The notes beneath the pieces were generated by a model. The model was not told where the DNA came from. It saw nothing but the letters and a program-made list of their open reading frames with translations, and did no database searches. Positions 8,968 to 17,864 of a DNA stretch of 31,091 nucleotides are shown one piece after another (position 1 is the stretch's first letter; every line of letters starts with the position of its first letter). Origin of the DNA: Simkaniaceae bacterium (lineage in GTDB: Bacteria > Chlamydiota > Chlamydiia > Chlamydiales > Simkaniaceae). The stretch spans positions 1 through 31,091 of the forward strand of contig JBFWSA010000026.1 in the NCBI GenBank assembly GCA_050248615.1, in the 5' to 3' direction. The position numbers were made by a program, and so were the translations under genes.

Positions 8968-10539
8968 TCATACGTTTTGGAGAAGTTTTTCGAATAGGTT
9001 CTTCAGCTTTTCGTTTTTGAGCAGCACCTCTAAAGGCTCTTTATAGCGGTAGGACCAATTTCGTGTCGACTTGGTTCCGGGATAATTGATGCGTTCCTCT
9101 TCAGGATCTTCCCAGGTCAGCTCAGGAACCAAGGCTAAATATTCCTGGAGCAGGTTGATGTGAAATAAACTTCCACAGTGATGATTATCCCACAAAATTT
9201 CGAATTGGTTTTTGGGGGATAATTTTGGAGAATAGGTCCATTTCTTAAAAGCGGCATAAGCAGTTGCATCTTGGGGATTATTTTCCCACCATAGCTGTAC
9301 TGTTTCTAAATCATGAGTGGAAACAGAGCATTGGGTCAAGGGAGGATAGTGTGCATAGGGGATGAAGGATTGATCGGTTTTCCAGTTCCGATTATAGCGG
9401 AAGATTTTAAGTCCTGGGATCCCATACTCTTCCATACACTTGTTAATGAAAGGAGGGGGGTCTCCTAAATCTTCTCCAATCGGGAGCATTTCTGTGAAAC
9501 CGATGAGTGTTTTTAGGAGTTTGCGTCCTTGAGCTTCCATAAGTGCAGGGTCATTGGGAATGAAAGAGCCTGTTTCAGGTTTTTCTCCAATAGAAGTTGC
9601 CCAAATGCGGAAAAAACCAATGATATGATCAATGCGGTAAATATCGTAGTATTTCGAGGCAGATTGCATTCGTTTGCGCCACCATTCAAAATGATCCTCT
9701 TCAAGGGCTTTCCAATTGTAGAGAGGGAGATTCCAAATCTGCCCCTTAGGATCAAAAGAGTTAGGGGGACTTCCTGCTGTCTGGTCGAGGTCAAAGAAAT
9801 CTTGCCGTTGCCAGACATCTGCGCTATTGGGGCTGACAAGAATGGGGATATCCCCCATTAAGAAGACTTGTTTTTCTTCTGCTCGGAGTTTCACCTGCTT
9901 GAGTTGCTGATGACACAAAAACTGTAAGGTGATATGAAAAGAGGCTCTCTCTGCATAGTTTTGGAGGAGTTTACGACGGGCTGTTTTACTTAAGTTTTTT
10001 TCTTCTTCTTTCCATTTTTTCCAAGATTGATTGTGATTACGCTCTTTTAAAACTTTAAAAAGAGCATAATCTTGGACCCAATCATTGTTTTCAAGGAAGG
10101 TTTGAAAATCGGGATCTGATTGGATGGTTTCTTTTGCTTCAGAGAAGTATTTTTTTAACCACCGGATTTTTTCGTTTAAGACGCGGAGATAGGGGATCTT
10201 TTGGGAAGCATTTAAGCTTTTAAATGTTTTGAGCTCTAGTTTTAACTCCCTAGATTGGTGGGGGAGGGCATGTAAGCTGAGATAGATGGGGTGGAGGGCT
10301 GTGGAGGAGAGGGCGCTATAGGGACTATGATCGAGGCCCGAATCATTGAGGGGAAGAAGTTGTAAAACATCAAATTTTATGGAGGCTAGATAGTCAATCA
10401 ACGGGAGGAGATCTAAGTACTCTCCAATGCCACAGCTTTGTTTGGTATGAATGGAGGCGAGAGGGATATTCATGCCATGATGGTGGCGGATCCCCACTTT
10501 TTGCCAAGCTTTTCCTGTGATGGTGGATTCCAGATTCAT
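8968..10539 (-). CDS. malQ: 4-alpha-glucanotransferase (amylomaltase, GH77)
   Basis: 523 aa; LQLLPLND, SPYSALSS, GDIPI, YRIDHIIGF, GEDLG, STHD, RINYPG motifs; follows scc1 as in other chlamydiae. Confidence 0.95.
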   Translation of the reverse strand: MNLESTITGKAWQKVGIRHHHGMNIPLASIHTKQSCGIGEYLDLLPLIDYLASIKFDVLQLLPLNDSGLDHSPYSALSSTALHPIYLSLHALPHQSRELKLELKTFKSLNASQKIPYLRVLNEKIRWLKKYFSEAKETIQSDPDFQTFLENNDWVQDYALFKVLKERNHNQSWKKWKEEEKNLSKTARRKLLQNYAERASFHITLQFLCHQQLKQVKLRAEEKQVFLMGDIPILVSPNSADVWQRQDFFDLDQTAGSPPNSFDPKGQIWNLPLYNWKALEEDHFEWWRKRMQSASKYYDIYRIDHIIGFFRIWATSIGEKPETGSFIPNDPALMEAQGRKLLKTLIGFTEMLPIGEDLGDPPPFINKCMEEYGIPGLKIFRYNRNWKTDQSFIPYAHYPPLTQCSVSTHDLETVQLWWENNPQDATAYAAFKKWTYSPKLSPKNQFEILWDNHHCGSLFHINLLQEYLALVPELTWEDPEEERINYPGTKSTRNWSYRYKEPLEVLLKNEKLKNLFEKLLQNV

Positions 10540-10982
10540 TTCATGAAGGGGGGAGGCTTGTGTTCGTGGCTATGGTATTTAATCGGAGCAGAAGCCCCAC
10601 TTGCCAGTGCTGCGCGCCATTCTTCTGCTTCTTCAATAAAGACTTCCAAGTGTTTTGCGAGTTTTTCTCCGGAGAGGTCTGAAGTATTTAGATACTGGTG
10701 AAGAATCAGTTGATTATTTTTTTCGAGATACGCAAAAGAGCCAAAGGGATGATACGAGCTATTCACTTTCAAGGCATCTTTCAAAACATTTTCCCTAAAT
10801 TTACCGGGGGGGATTTCTGAGATAAAAGAGGCCACTAAGAGGCGCTCGCCATCGCGATCCATTTCTAGTTGAACGGCGAGCTTTTCATTTAAAAGGAGTT
10901 TGCAGGCATTGTTTTTATCGACATGCAGGGGGAGGTCGACTAACTCTCCTAGATCCCAAAGCAACTCTTGAAAGACATCCAT
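10536..10982 (-). CDS. scc1: Type III secretion chaperone, SycE/CesT class (CopN chaperone)
   Basis: 148 aa acidic protein, LHVDKNNACKL and IPPGKFRENVLKDALKVN motifs; position between copN and malQ. Confidence 0.85.
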   Translation of the reverse strand: MDVFQELLWDLGELVDLPLHVDKNNACKLLLNEKLAVQLEMDRDGERLLVASFISEIPPGKFRENVLKDALKVNSSYHPFGSFAYLEKNNQLILHQYLNTSDLSGEKLAKHLEVFIEEAEEWRAALASGASAPIKYHSHEHKPPPFMK

Positions 10983-10987
10983 AGCGA

Positions 10988-12208
10988 TTACTCGATTGTA
11001 TCCTTGGGTGGGCGTTTATAAGGAGGCTCTTCTTCTTCCTCCTCTTCTTCATCTTCCATCTCGTCTTCGAGATCACTGAGCGTTTCCATGAGGGCCATCA
11101 GAACCTCTTGTCGATGACGCTCCGACTTAAAAAGTTTGGGGGAAATGTGCCGCATGGCATCGCGGTATTGGGTAAAGATAATCACCTGTGCGGCAATCTC
11201 TTCCGCGATTCCTAACACAAAGGCTAACTTTAAGATTTTATCGGGGGTGGGATAACGCTCTTGCAAGAGTTTCATCAGTAGACGTGCTAGGACGTCAAAA
11301 TTAACGCGGCTTGGCATGGTGAGTTCGAAACGGTCAAACTGCCCTTTGATCATTTTCATCCGCCCATAGAAAAAGCGGAAAAGGCCTAGAATAGCCTGCA
11401 TGGTGCGTGCCTCTCCGAAAAGGCGCTGTAGTTCTGCTTTAGAAATGGAGGGCCCTTTTGCTTTCATATCGGAACCCAGAGAATGGAGGATAAAGTCGAT
11501 GATGTTCTTCATGTCAGAGAACTTGAACTTTTGGGTCAACTCTTCGAATAACTTATGGGGATCACGAGGATTACCCGTGATTTCTCGATAGAGGTCACGC
11601 AGTCCCGTCGGGCTTCCTAGCCCTTGTTCTGAGAAAGCGCGGGCCTGTGCGGCGATATTCCGCCCGGCACTGATCTCTCTTCCAAACTGGGCGTTAAAGT
11701 CTTGTTTTGCTTCAATATATTTCCGTTTGAGCTCTTCTTTCGTCTCAGCAACTTCAATTAAGAAGTCGATCGCTTCATCGGCAAGGGATTTATCGGTATA
11801 GGCTTTCTGAAGTTTCTCAAGGATTTGTTCCTTAGAGTCATCAGGTTTCATCTGCTGGTTCAGCAGCAGTAAGGTCTTTTTCTGAAGTTCGGGATTGCGC
11901 TGATAATAATCTTCTGCGATCTGTTCTGTTGCACCCGATTCACTGGCATCGGCCCCTTTTTGTTCTTCAGATTTAGTCGGTTGTTGCGTTTGCGGTTGCC
12001 GGAGTGCTTTTTCGTTTAGAGGCTGAGACTTTTTATGTAAATCTCTACTACTAAAGATCATTGTTTCAGATGCTTGTTCAAGACGTTCTTCACTTCCCAC
12101 TTGACGTGCTTCCATGCGTGCTAAATTCTCTTGCGCACGTGCTTTTTGAGCTTCATGGATACGGGCATCTTGGGAAACTTTATCAATGCCGTGAACTTCT
12201 TTAGTCAT
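10988..12208 (-). CDS. copN: Type III secretion gatekeeper CopN (SctW/YopN-TyeA)
   Basis: 406 aa; NPEL, GRNIA, SPTGLRDLYREIT, RHISPKLF features of chlamydial CopN; strong GGGAGG SD; position after cdsV. Confidence 0.88.
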   Translation of the reverse strand: MTKEVHGIDKVSQDARIHEAQKARAQENLARMEARQVGSEERLEQASETMIFSSRDLHKKSQPLNEKALRQPQTQQPTKSEEQKGADASESGATEQIAEDYYQRNPELQKKTLLLLNQQMKPDDSKEQILEKLQKAYTDKSLADEAIDFLIEVAETKEELKRKYIEAKQDFNAQFGREISAGRNIAAQARAFSEQGLGSPTGLRDLYREITGNPRDPHKLFEELTQKFKFSDMKNIIDFILHSLGSDMKAKGPSISKAELQRLFGEARTMQAILGLFRFFYGRMKMIKGQFDRFELTMPSRVNFDVLARLLMKLLQERYPTPDKILKLAFVLGIAEEIAAQVIIFTQYRDAMRHISPKLFKSERHRQEVLMALMETLSDLEDEMEDEEEEEEEEPPYKRPPKDTIE

Positions 12209-12228
12209 AGATCGACCTCCCTATCTTT

Positions 12229-12258
12229 ATCCTAACAGGTATTCCGAAATGAATTCAA
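12229..12258 (-). promoter_or_regulatory. Putative internal promoter for copN-scc1-malQ (TTGAAT-N18-TAGGAT, extended -10)
   Basis: Minus strand TTGAAT 12258-12253, TGn then TAGGAT 12234-12229, in the 81-bp cdsV-copN gap; 8-bp inverted repeat CTATCTTT (12221-12228)/AAAGATAG (12258-12265) brackets it. Confidence 0.4.
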
Positions 12259-12289
12259 AAGATAGCATACAAAGTTTAATATTAATAGC

Positions 12290-14413
12290 TTACGATAGTT
12301 GGATTCTTCCAAGGGGTTGAATACGTACTTCAGGGACAATTTCTTGATAAGAGACAACAGCAAGGTCTGGGAACTCTCCCTCAATGAGTTTGCGTACAAA
12401 ACGTCTCACATCGATTGCTGTGAGCATAACAGGGGGTTGCCCTCCAGGAGGGGTGGGGACAATCACTCCCCGCATCGCATGAAGGATGAGTTGTACAGAA
12501 TCGGGATCGAGTGCTAGATAGGAGCCCGCTGAGGTTTGTTTGATTGCTCCTCGGACCATATCTTCGATTTCGGGGTCGAGTAGGTAGACCGATAGGATTG
12601 TTTGCCCCATCGAATATTTGTAACTGATATACCGTTTGAGTGAAGAACGGACGTACTCGGTTAGAAGGACTGTATCTTTTTCTGTTTGAGCCCATTCACT
12701 AAGGGACTCTAAGATCGTGCGTAAGTCTTTAATAGAGACTTGTTCTTGAACAAGACGCTTGAAGATTTCGGTGAGTTTTTGGAGGGGAACTAAGCGGGTC
12801 ACTTCCTTCACCAAATCGGGGAAAGAGCGTTCAACAAACTCCAAAATCGCTCGTACCTCTTGGATCCCGATGAAGTCAGCTGCATACTGTTTGTAAAACT
12901 GAGATAAGTGCATAATCATCACATCAAGAGGCTGCCAATACTTAATCCCCGCTTTTTTCAAGACTTCTACATAACGATTTTCCACCCATAGTGCTGCTTG
13001 ACCAATCGCATTTTTCGAAGTGGTAAAAGGAAGGTTATAACGGCGGAGCGTCTCTTCTGTTTCATTGGTGAGGAGGGAACTTTCGATGATGCGCCCTCGT
13101 ACAATCGGCACTTCATTAAGGAAAATAGAATATTCGTTAGGCTCTAAGATGGGGGATTCTGTTCTCACATGTACACCAGGGAAACGGACCCCTAAATCTT
13201 GATAGAGGGCATGGCGCATTTTGGGAATCATTTCCTCAACAAAAGAAGAGCCCCCTTTTTCTTTCCGGATAACTGAAGTGAGGGTTTTCCCCGTTTCTAG
13301 AATGACGGGAAGGGTGAGAGCGTAATCGTCTAATCCTCCACGTACAACCGTGTGCCCTTCAACATCTGTTTCAACACTTGCAGGCCCCACAGTCCCTGCG
13401 GCCGCTTTTGCGATTCTTTTCTTATCTTTGATCCAATTTCGGACACCCACACCTGCGAAAAGAAGTGTCAATAGTAAGAAAATCCACGTGGGAAATCCTT
13501 TAAGCCAAGCCATGCCAAAGGTCACACAAGAGGCAAGAATCAGTCCTTTGGAATGGGAAAAGATTTGGGATGTGATATCTTTTCCAAGGTTACCCCCTTT
13601 TTTATCACTCGATACACGAGTAGTCACCATACCGGCAGTCAGGGAGATCATCAATGAGGGGATCTGGGTGACTAGACCTTCCCCAATGGAGAGAAGGGTA
13701 TAAATTTTTGCTGATTGCATGGCGGACATATTGTGGATCACCATCCCGATCACAAGACCGCCCACAATGTTAATGATGGCAATCACAATCCCTGCGATAA
13801 CGTCTCCTTTGACGAATTTCATCGCACCATCCATCGCTCCGTAGAGTTGGCTCTCTTTTTGCAGGGCTAGGCGGAGTTCGCGTGCTTGGTTGGCATCGAT
13901 CACCCCACTACGCATGTCAGCATCGATACTCATTTGCTTACCCGGCATCGCATCTAATGTGAAACGGGCAGCAACCTCGGCGACACGCTCGGCACCTTTT
14001 GTCACGACAATGAACTGGACGATGGTGATAATGAGGAAGATAACCCCCCCGACGATAAAGTTTCCTCCGACAACAAAGTTCCCGAATGCAAAGATGATTT
14101 CCCCCGCATCCGCATGGAGAAGGATTTGACGCGTTGCGGCAATTTCAATTCCTAAGCGGAAGAGGGTTGTAATCAAAAGGATCGAGGGAAAAATCGAGAG
14201 GTGAACCGCTTTTTGAATGTAGAGTGCCACCATCAAAAGGCACACAGAAATACTCATATTGACCGCAATGAACATGTCGATCACAACAGGGGGGACAGGA
14301 ATAATGATCATCATGATAATCACAATCACAAAAAATGCGACAACGACATCACTAGATCTTGAGATGAGATCAAGTATTTTGTTGCTTCCTAAAAAGCCCC
14401 CTACGCTTTTCAT
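12290..14413 (-). CDS. cdsV: Type III secretion export gate CdsV (SctV/LcrD, FHIPEP family)
   Basis: 707 aa; multiple TM helices, KGAERVAEVAARFTLDAMPGKQMSIDAD, GAMDGAMKFVKGD, cytoplasmic C domain. Confidence 0.97.
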   Translation of the reverse strand: MKSVGGFLGSNKILDLISRSSDVVVAFFVIVIIMMIIIPVPPVVIDMFIAVNMSISVCLLMVALYIQKAVHLSIFPSILLITTLFRLGIEIAATRQILLHADAGEIIFAFGNFVVGGNFIVGGVIFLIITIVQFIVVTKGAERVAEVAARFTLDAMPGKQMSIDADMRSGVIDANQARELRLALQKESQLYGAMDGAMKFVKGDVIAGIVIAIINIVGGLVIGMVIHNMSAMQSAKIYTLLSIGEGLVTQIPSLMISLTAGMVTTRVSSDKKGGNLGKDITSQIFSHSKGLILASCVTFGMAWLKGFPTWIFLLLTLLFAGVGVRNWIKDKKRIAKAAAGTVGPASVETDVEGHTVVRGGLDDYALTLPVILETGKTLTSVIRKEKGGSSFVEEMIPKMRHALYQDLGVRFPGVHVRTESPILEPNEYSIFLNEVPIVRGRIIESSLLTNETEETLRRYNLPFTTSKNAIGQAALWVENRYVEVLKKAGIKYWQPLDVMIMHLSQFYKQYAADFIGIQEVRAILEFVERSFPDLVKEVTRLVPLQKLTEIFKRLVQEQVSIKDLRTILESLSEWAQTEKDTVLLTEYVRSSLKRYISYKYSMGQTILSVYLLDPEIEDMVRGAIKQTSAGSYLALDPDSVQLILHAMRGVIVPTPPGGQPPVMLTAIDVRRFVRKLIEGEFPDLAVVSYQEIVPEVRIQPLGRIQLS

Positions 14414-14439
14414 ATCTCTCTTTTCCTATTCCCAGTCAT

Positions 14440-15519
14440 TTATTTGAAAATATCCACATTGTATTCTGGAGCTGCTTGCGCTTCAAGTTGATCAAGCCAC
14501 TTCAAGACCTCGGCAATGGCTTCGTAGGTCTCTTCTGGTATATATTGTCCGATCCTGCCTTTATTGTATAGTTCTTGAGCTAATGGAACGTTTCTCATAA
14601 TAGGGATATTTTCTTCAAGTGCCACTTTCACAATATTTTCAGCTGTAATCCCTTTTCCCATAATGACAATTTTTGGTGCGGGATCTTCTTCAGCATCGTA
14701 GGCAAGGGCCACAGCGATATGGATAGGGTTTGTGACAACAGCGCGCGCGCGCCTTGTTGCTTGAGGTCCTTCCTGATAGGCGATTTCTTGTTGGACTTGA
14801 CGCCGTTTCCCTTTGATCTCCGGGTTTCCTTCGGTATCTTTCATCTCTTGTTTAACTTCAAACTTTTCCATCTTCATCTCTTTAGCAAAATTCTTTTTCT
14901 GGAAAACAAGGTCAAAGATCGCAATTGCTAAAAAGAAAATCCCGACGCGGAAAGCGACTTGAATCAAAAAATCACTAAAAATCACTGCTGCACCAATGAT
15001 AGGCATGGCAGCAGTAGCGATGATTTCTTGCAGGCTATTATAGACAACCGAATAAATCAAGATCACAGCACCTGTGATTTTCAGAATGGATTTGATGAGT
15101 TCGATAAATGTTTTGAGCTTAAAAATCCCTTTCAAATTTGTAATCGGATTGAGTTTCTTGATATCTGGCTTCATCGCTTCCATAGAAAACAAAGGGCCGA
15201 TAATCAAAAAATTTACCATCACCCCCACTAAAGAGATCAAAATCATAAAGGGCATTGAGGTATTGAAAATGACCTGAAAAGCTGAGGTCACAAACATGGG
15301 GATATGGGTAGAGATTTGGCTCCCTTCTTTCACCCCCGTGAAAGCTTGCACCATAAAACCGGCTAAGTTCTTAAAGAAATAGCTAGAAGTTGCCACAATC
15401 AGAGCAAATGATGCTGCAAATGTAAATGCCGAGGGAAAGTCTTTAGATTTGGCGACTTGTCCTTTCTTGCGCGCATCGCGCAGTTTCTTCGGGGTCGCCT
15501 TTTCGGTTTTTTCTGCCAT
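14440..15519 (-). CDS. cdsU: Type III secretion export apparatus switch protein CdsU (SctU/YscU/FlhB family)
   Basis: 359 aa; MAEKTEKATPKKLRDARKKGQV N-terminus, four TM helices, EGNPEIK, autocleavage site NPIH. Confidence 0.96.
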   Translation of the reverse strand: MAEKTEKATPKKLRDARKKGQVAKSKDFPSAFTFAASFALIVATSSYFFKNLAGFMVQAFTGVKEGSQISTHIPMFVTSAFQVIFNTSMPFMILISLVGVMVNFLIIGPLFSMEAMKPDIKKLNPITNLKGIFKLKTFIELIKSILKITGAVILIYSVVYNSLQEIIATAAMPIIGAAVIFSDFLIQVAFRVGIFFLAIAIFDLVFQKKNFAKEMKMEKFEVKQEMKDTEGNPEIKGKRRQVQQEIAYQEGPQATRRARAVVTNPIHIAVALAYDAEEDPAPKIVIMGKGITAENIVKVALEENIPIMRNVPLAQELYNKGRIGQYIPEETYEAIAEVLKWLDQLEAQAAPEYNVDIFK

Positions 15520-15554
15520 TGCCGAGTGCTTTACTTAATGACGCGCATTTGCGT

Positions 15555-15720
15555 TTATACTCAAACAACTTCAACAATTGAATTTTCGGCTGCGCCAAAG
15601 CGCCGTAATTTGTCGATTTTAAAAGACCTCATATTTCTAATATTAGGTCTTTTAAGATCGACGAATTCCGAAAGCTTTCGCGCTAGCCCAAAACCAACTT
15701 TTGAAGTTGTTTGAGTATAA
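15555..15720. mobile_element. 166-bp fold-back MITE-like palindromic element (putative IS630-type TA target)
   Basis: Perfect 20-bp terminal inverted repeats TTATACTCAAACAACTTCAA (15555-15574 / 15701-15720); inner stem 15607-15629 / 15645-15667; ends recur at 29797-29830; no transposase. Confidence 0.8.
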
Positions 15721-15751
15721 TTGACTTCATGATAGACAATCATCATTAATT

Positions 15752-17185
15752 ATGAAAGTCCTAGTCACTGGTGCTAATGGTTATGTCGGTACGCGTCTCA
15801 TCCCTATGCTTGTTGAAGCAGGGCATGAAGTGTTTGCCCTAGCCCGTATTCCTGCAACTGTCCATCTTCCAGAGAAGATCAGAGACCAAGTACACCTCAT
15901 TCAAGGAGATCTTCTAAAATTAAAAGTGCTTCCTGAGGATATTGAGGTCGCTTACTACCTTGTCCATTCGATGAGCCGTCATTGGGAAGATTTTGATAAA
16001 AAAGATCGCGTTGCAGTGGATAATTTTGTTAAAGCACTCTCTAAAACACAGTGTAAGCAGGTGATTTATCTCACAGGACTCATTACCACTGATCACCTTT
16101 CTAAACATCTAAGATCTCGGTTAGAAGTGGAAAATAGGCTTAAAAGCGGCTCAGTGCCTGTGACTGTTTTTCGTGCAGGGATTATCATTGGATCGGGAAG
16201 TGCTTCTTTTGAAATCATTCGCGATTTAACAGAAAAACTTCCCCTCATGGTCGCTCCGAAATGGGTTTCGAGTCGTTGCCAACCTATAGCAATTCGGGAC
16301 GTCCTTTTTTATCTCTTAGAAGCTCTTGGAAATGAGAAATGTATAGGTCAAACATTTGATATCGGTGGTCCCGATATTTTGACTTATAAAGAGATGCTTT
16401 ATGGATATGCTAAGATCCGTAAACTGATGCGTCTGATTATTGTCGTTCCTCTATTTACACCTCGGCTTTCGTCTTACTGGCTCATTTTTGTCACTTCTAC
16501 AAATTTCTATTTAGCCCGCTCTCTTGTTGATAGCATGACTATCGATGCTGTTTGCACAGAAAATCGGATTCATAAAATTCTTCCTCGCAAATGTCTTTCC
16601 TATCAAGAAGCCATACAAAAAGCCTTAGAAAAAACTGAAGAGAATTATGTTATTTCTAGTTGGAGAGATACATTTTCTGCGAGTGGATTTAATCCCGATT
16701 ATTATGATTATCTAAAAGTTCCTCAGCATGGATGCTATAAAATGGAGTGTTCTAAAACCTTTGACAGGGATCCTGATCGTGTTTTTAAGCGTGTCTATGC
16801 CATTGGAGGGATTTCTGGCTATTATTACATGGATTGGGCTTGGAGAATACGAGGACTCATTGACCGTTTTATGGGAGGAGTTGGCCTTCGGCGAAGCCGC
16901 ACGCAAAGACAAGAACTTAACCCTGGAGATGTGATTGATTTTTGGCGTGTCCTTCAAGCTGATAAAAAGCACCGTCGTTTAGTTCTTTTTGCAGAAATGA
17001 AACTTCCCGGAGAGGCCTGGCTTGAATTCCAGGTCAAAGAAAACACGATTACTCAAATTGCAACCTTCCGTCCTCGGGGTGTTTTTGGAAGATTCTATTG
17101 GTGGCTTTTCTACCCCATCCACCTCATGATATTTCCTGGTATGCTGCGCGCCCTTCTCAAAAAAAGTAAGGATTCTAGTGCCTGA
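15752..17185 (+). CDS. Atypical SDR / NAD(P)-binding oxidoreductase with C-terminal DUF2867-like domain (YbjT-like)
   Basis: 477 aa; VLVTGANGYVG Rossmann motif, YYLVHSM, HLRSRLEVE, GSGSASFE, C-terminal IGG..GY, DFWRV, AEMKLPGEAWLEF, GRFYW. Confidence 0.88.
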   Translation: MKVLVTGANGYVGTRLIPMLVEAGHEVFALARIPATVHLPEKIRDQVHLIQGDLLKLKVLPEDIEVAYYLVHSMSRHWEDFDKKDRVAVDNFVKALSKTQCKQVIYLTGLITTDHLSKHLRSRLEVENRLKSGSVPVTVFRAGIIIGSGSASFEIIRDLTEKLPLMVAPKWVSSRCQPIAIRDVLFYLLEALGNEKCIGQTFDIGGPDILTYKEMLYGYAKIRKLMRLIIVVPLFTPRLSSYWLIFVTSTNFYLARSLVDSMTIDAVCTENRIHKILPRKCLSYQEAIQKALEKTEENYVISSWRDTFSASGFNPDYYDYLKVPQHGCYKMECSKTFDRDPDRVFKRVYAIGGISGYYYMDWAWRIRGLIDRFMGGVGLRRSRTQRQELNPGDVIDFWRVLQADKKHRRLVLFAEMKLPGEAWLEFQVKENTITQIATFRPRGVFGRFYWWLFYPIHLMIFPGMLRALLKKSKDSSA

Positions 17186-17225
17186 CCGCAAAATTCCATG
17201 AAGGACTTTTGCGGTTAGGCACTAG
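17175..17225. repeat. 51-bp palindrome bounded by CTAG; probable bidirectional terminator and possible mobile-element remnant
   Basis: CTAGTGCCTGACCGCAAAA-TTCCATGAAGGAC-TTTTGCGGTTAGGCACTAG: 19-bp arms with one G-T, between convergent genes and containing both stop codons. Confidence 0.8.
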
Positions 17226-17737
17226 CAAGCTCTAAGGGGCTCTATGGTATCAAAAATTAATTGGGAGTACTTAGGCCTAGTCATAAGCTCGACGTAAACA
17301 TCTCCCAGCGTAGTGGGGCCCTTAGAGCGAGGGTGCAAGCGTGTTTGCTCATGATAATCTCCAAAGAATACGATCTCAAGTGTTTGCTCAATACCTTCGT
17401 CCAACCCATAATAATTCTTAGGGGGAGCACATCCGAATCCAAACACGGAGTTTAGGGTCTTATCCGCTAGTTTGAGCCACATTAAAGCATCTTTTTCTGC
17501 AGAGAGGATGATACTATCCGCCGCTTTTTTATTACTTGTAGCTGAAGTCACGAGCGCAGCCAACCCTTTACAGGCAATTTTTATCCCTTGGAAGGTCAAT
17601 CCTAGGAGATAAATAGGAATTCTCACAAGACTGGAGATTCTCCCAGCAGTGTGTCTATAGATCTTATCTGCTACGGGATGAGAAAAATTGAAATGATGAG
17701 AAATATAGTGCGACTGAGCACCCATAATGTCATTCAT
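17222..17737 (-). CDS. Hypothetical protein with one hydrophobic segment
   Basis: 171 aa; GAAGGGA SD and near-consensus promoter upstream; no recognisable family. Confidence 0.65.
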   Translation of the reverse strand: MNDIMGAQSHYISHHFNFSHPVADKIYRHTAGRISSLVRIPIYLLGLTFQGIKIACKGLAALVTSATSNKKAADSIILSAEKDALMWLKLADKTLNSVFGFGCAPPKNYYGLDEGIEQTLEIVFFGDYHEQTRLHPRSKGPTTLGDVYVELMTRPKYSQLIFDTIEPLRAC

Positions 17738-17764
17738 GACTTTGTTCCCTTCTTTTTTGAATAT

Positions 17765-17793
17765 ATTATAACATAATAAAAAGATTTATTCAA
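17765..17793 (-). promoter_or_regulatory. Near-consensus sigma66/sigma70 promoter (TTGAAT-N17-TATAAT, extended -10)
   Basis: Minus strand TTGAAT 17793-17788, 17-bp spacer ending TGT, TATAAT 17770-17765, AT-rich upstream tract. Confidence 0.7.
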
Positions 17794-17864
17794 AAAAAAC
17801 TATTAATCGGCTCATTTTTAATAAGTTAACGACGGGATTTTTTAAGATGTTGGTTTTTAGTTAT

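Noticed and set aside
14710..14740. CdsU cleavage motif NPIH instead of NPTH
   Set aside because: The catalytic Asn-Pro is kept and the motif is known to vary, including in chlamydiae
15457..15746. ORF-track ORFs 15457-15714 (+) and 15561-15746 (-), plus 29803-30042 (-), sharing TQTTS...VV peptides
   Set aside because: The shared peptides come from the palindromic element; no SD or other sign that they are independent genes
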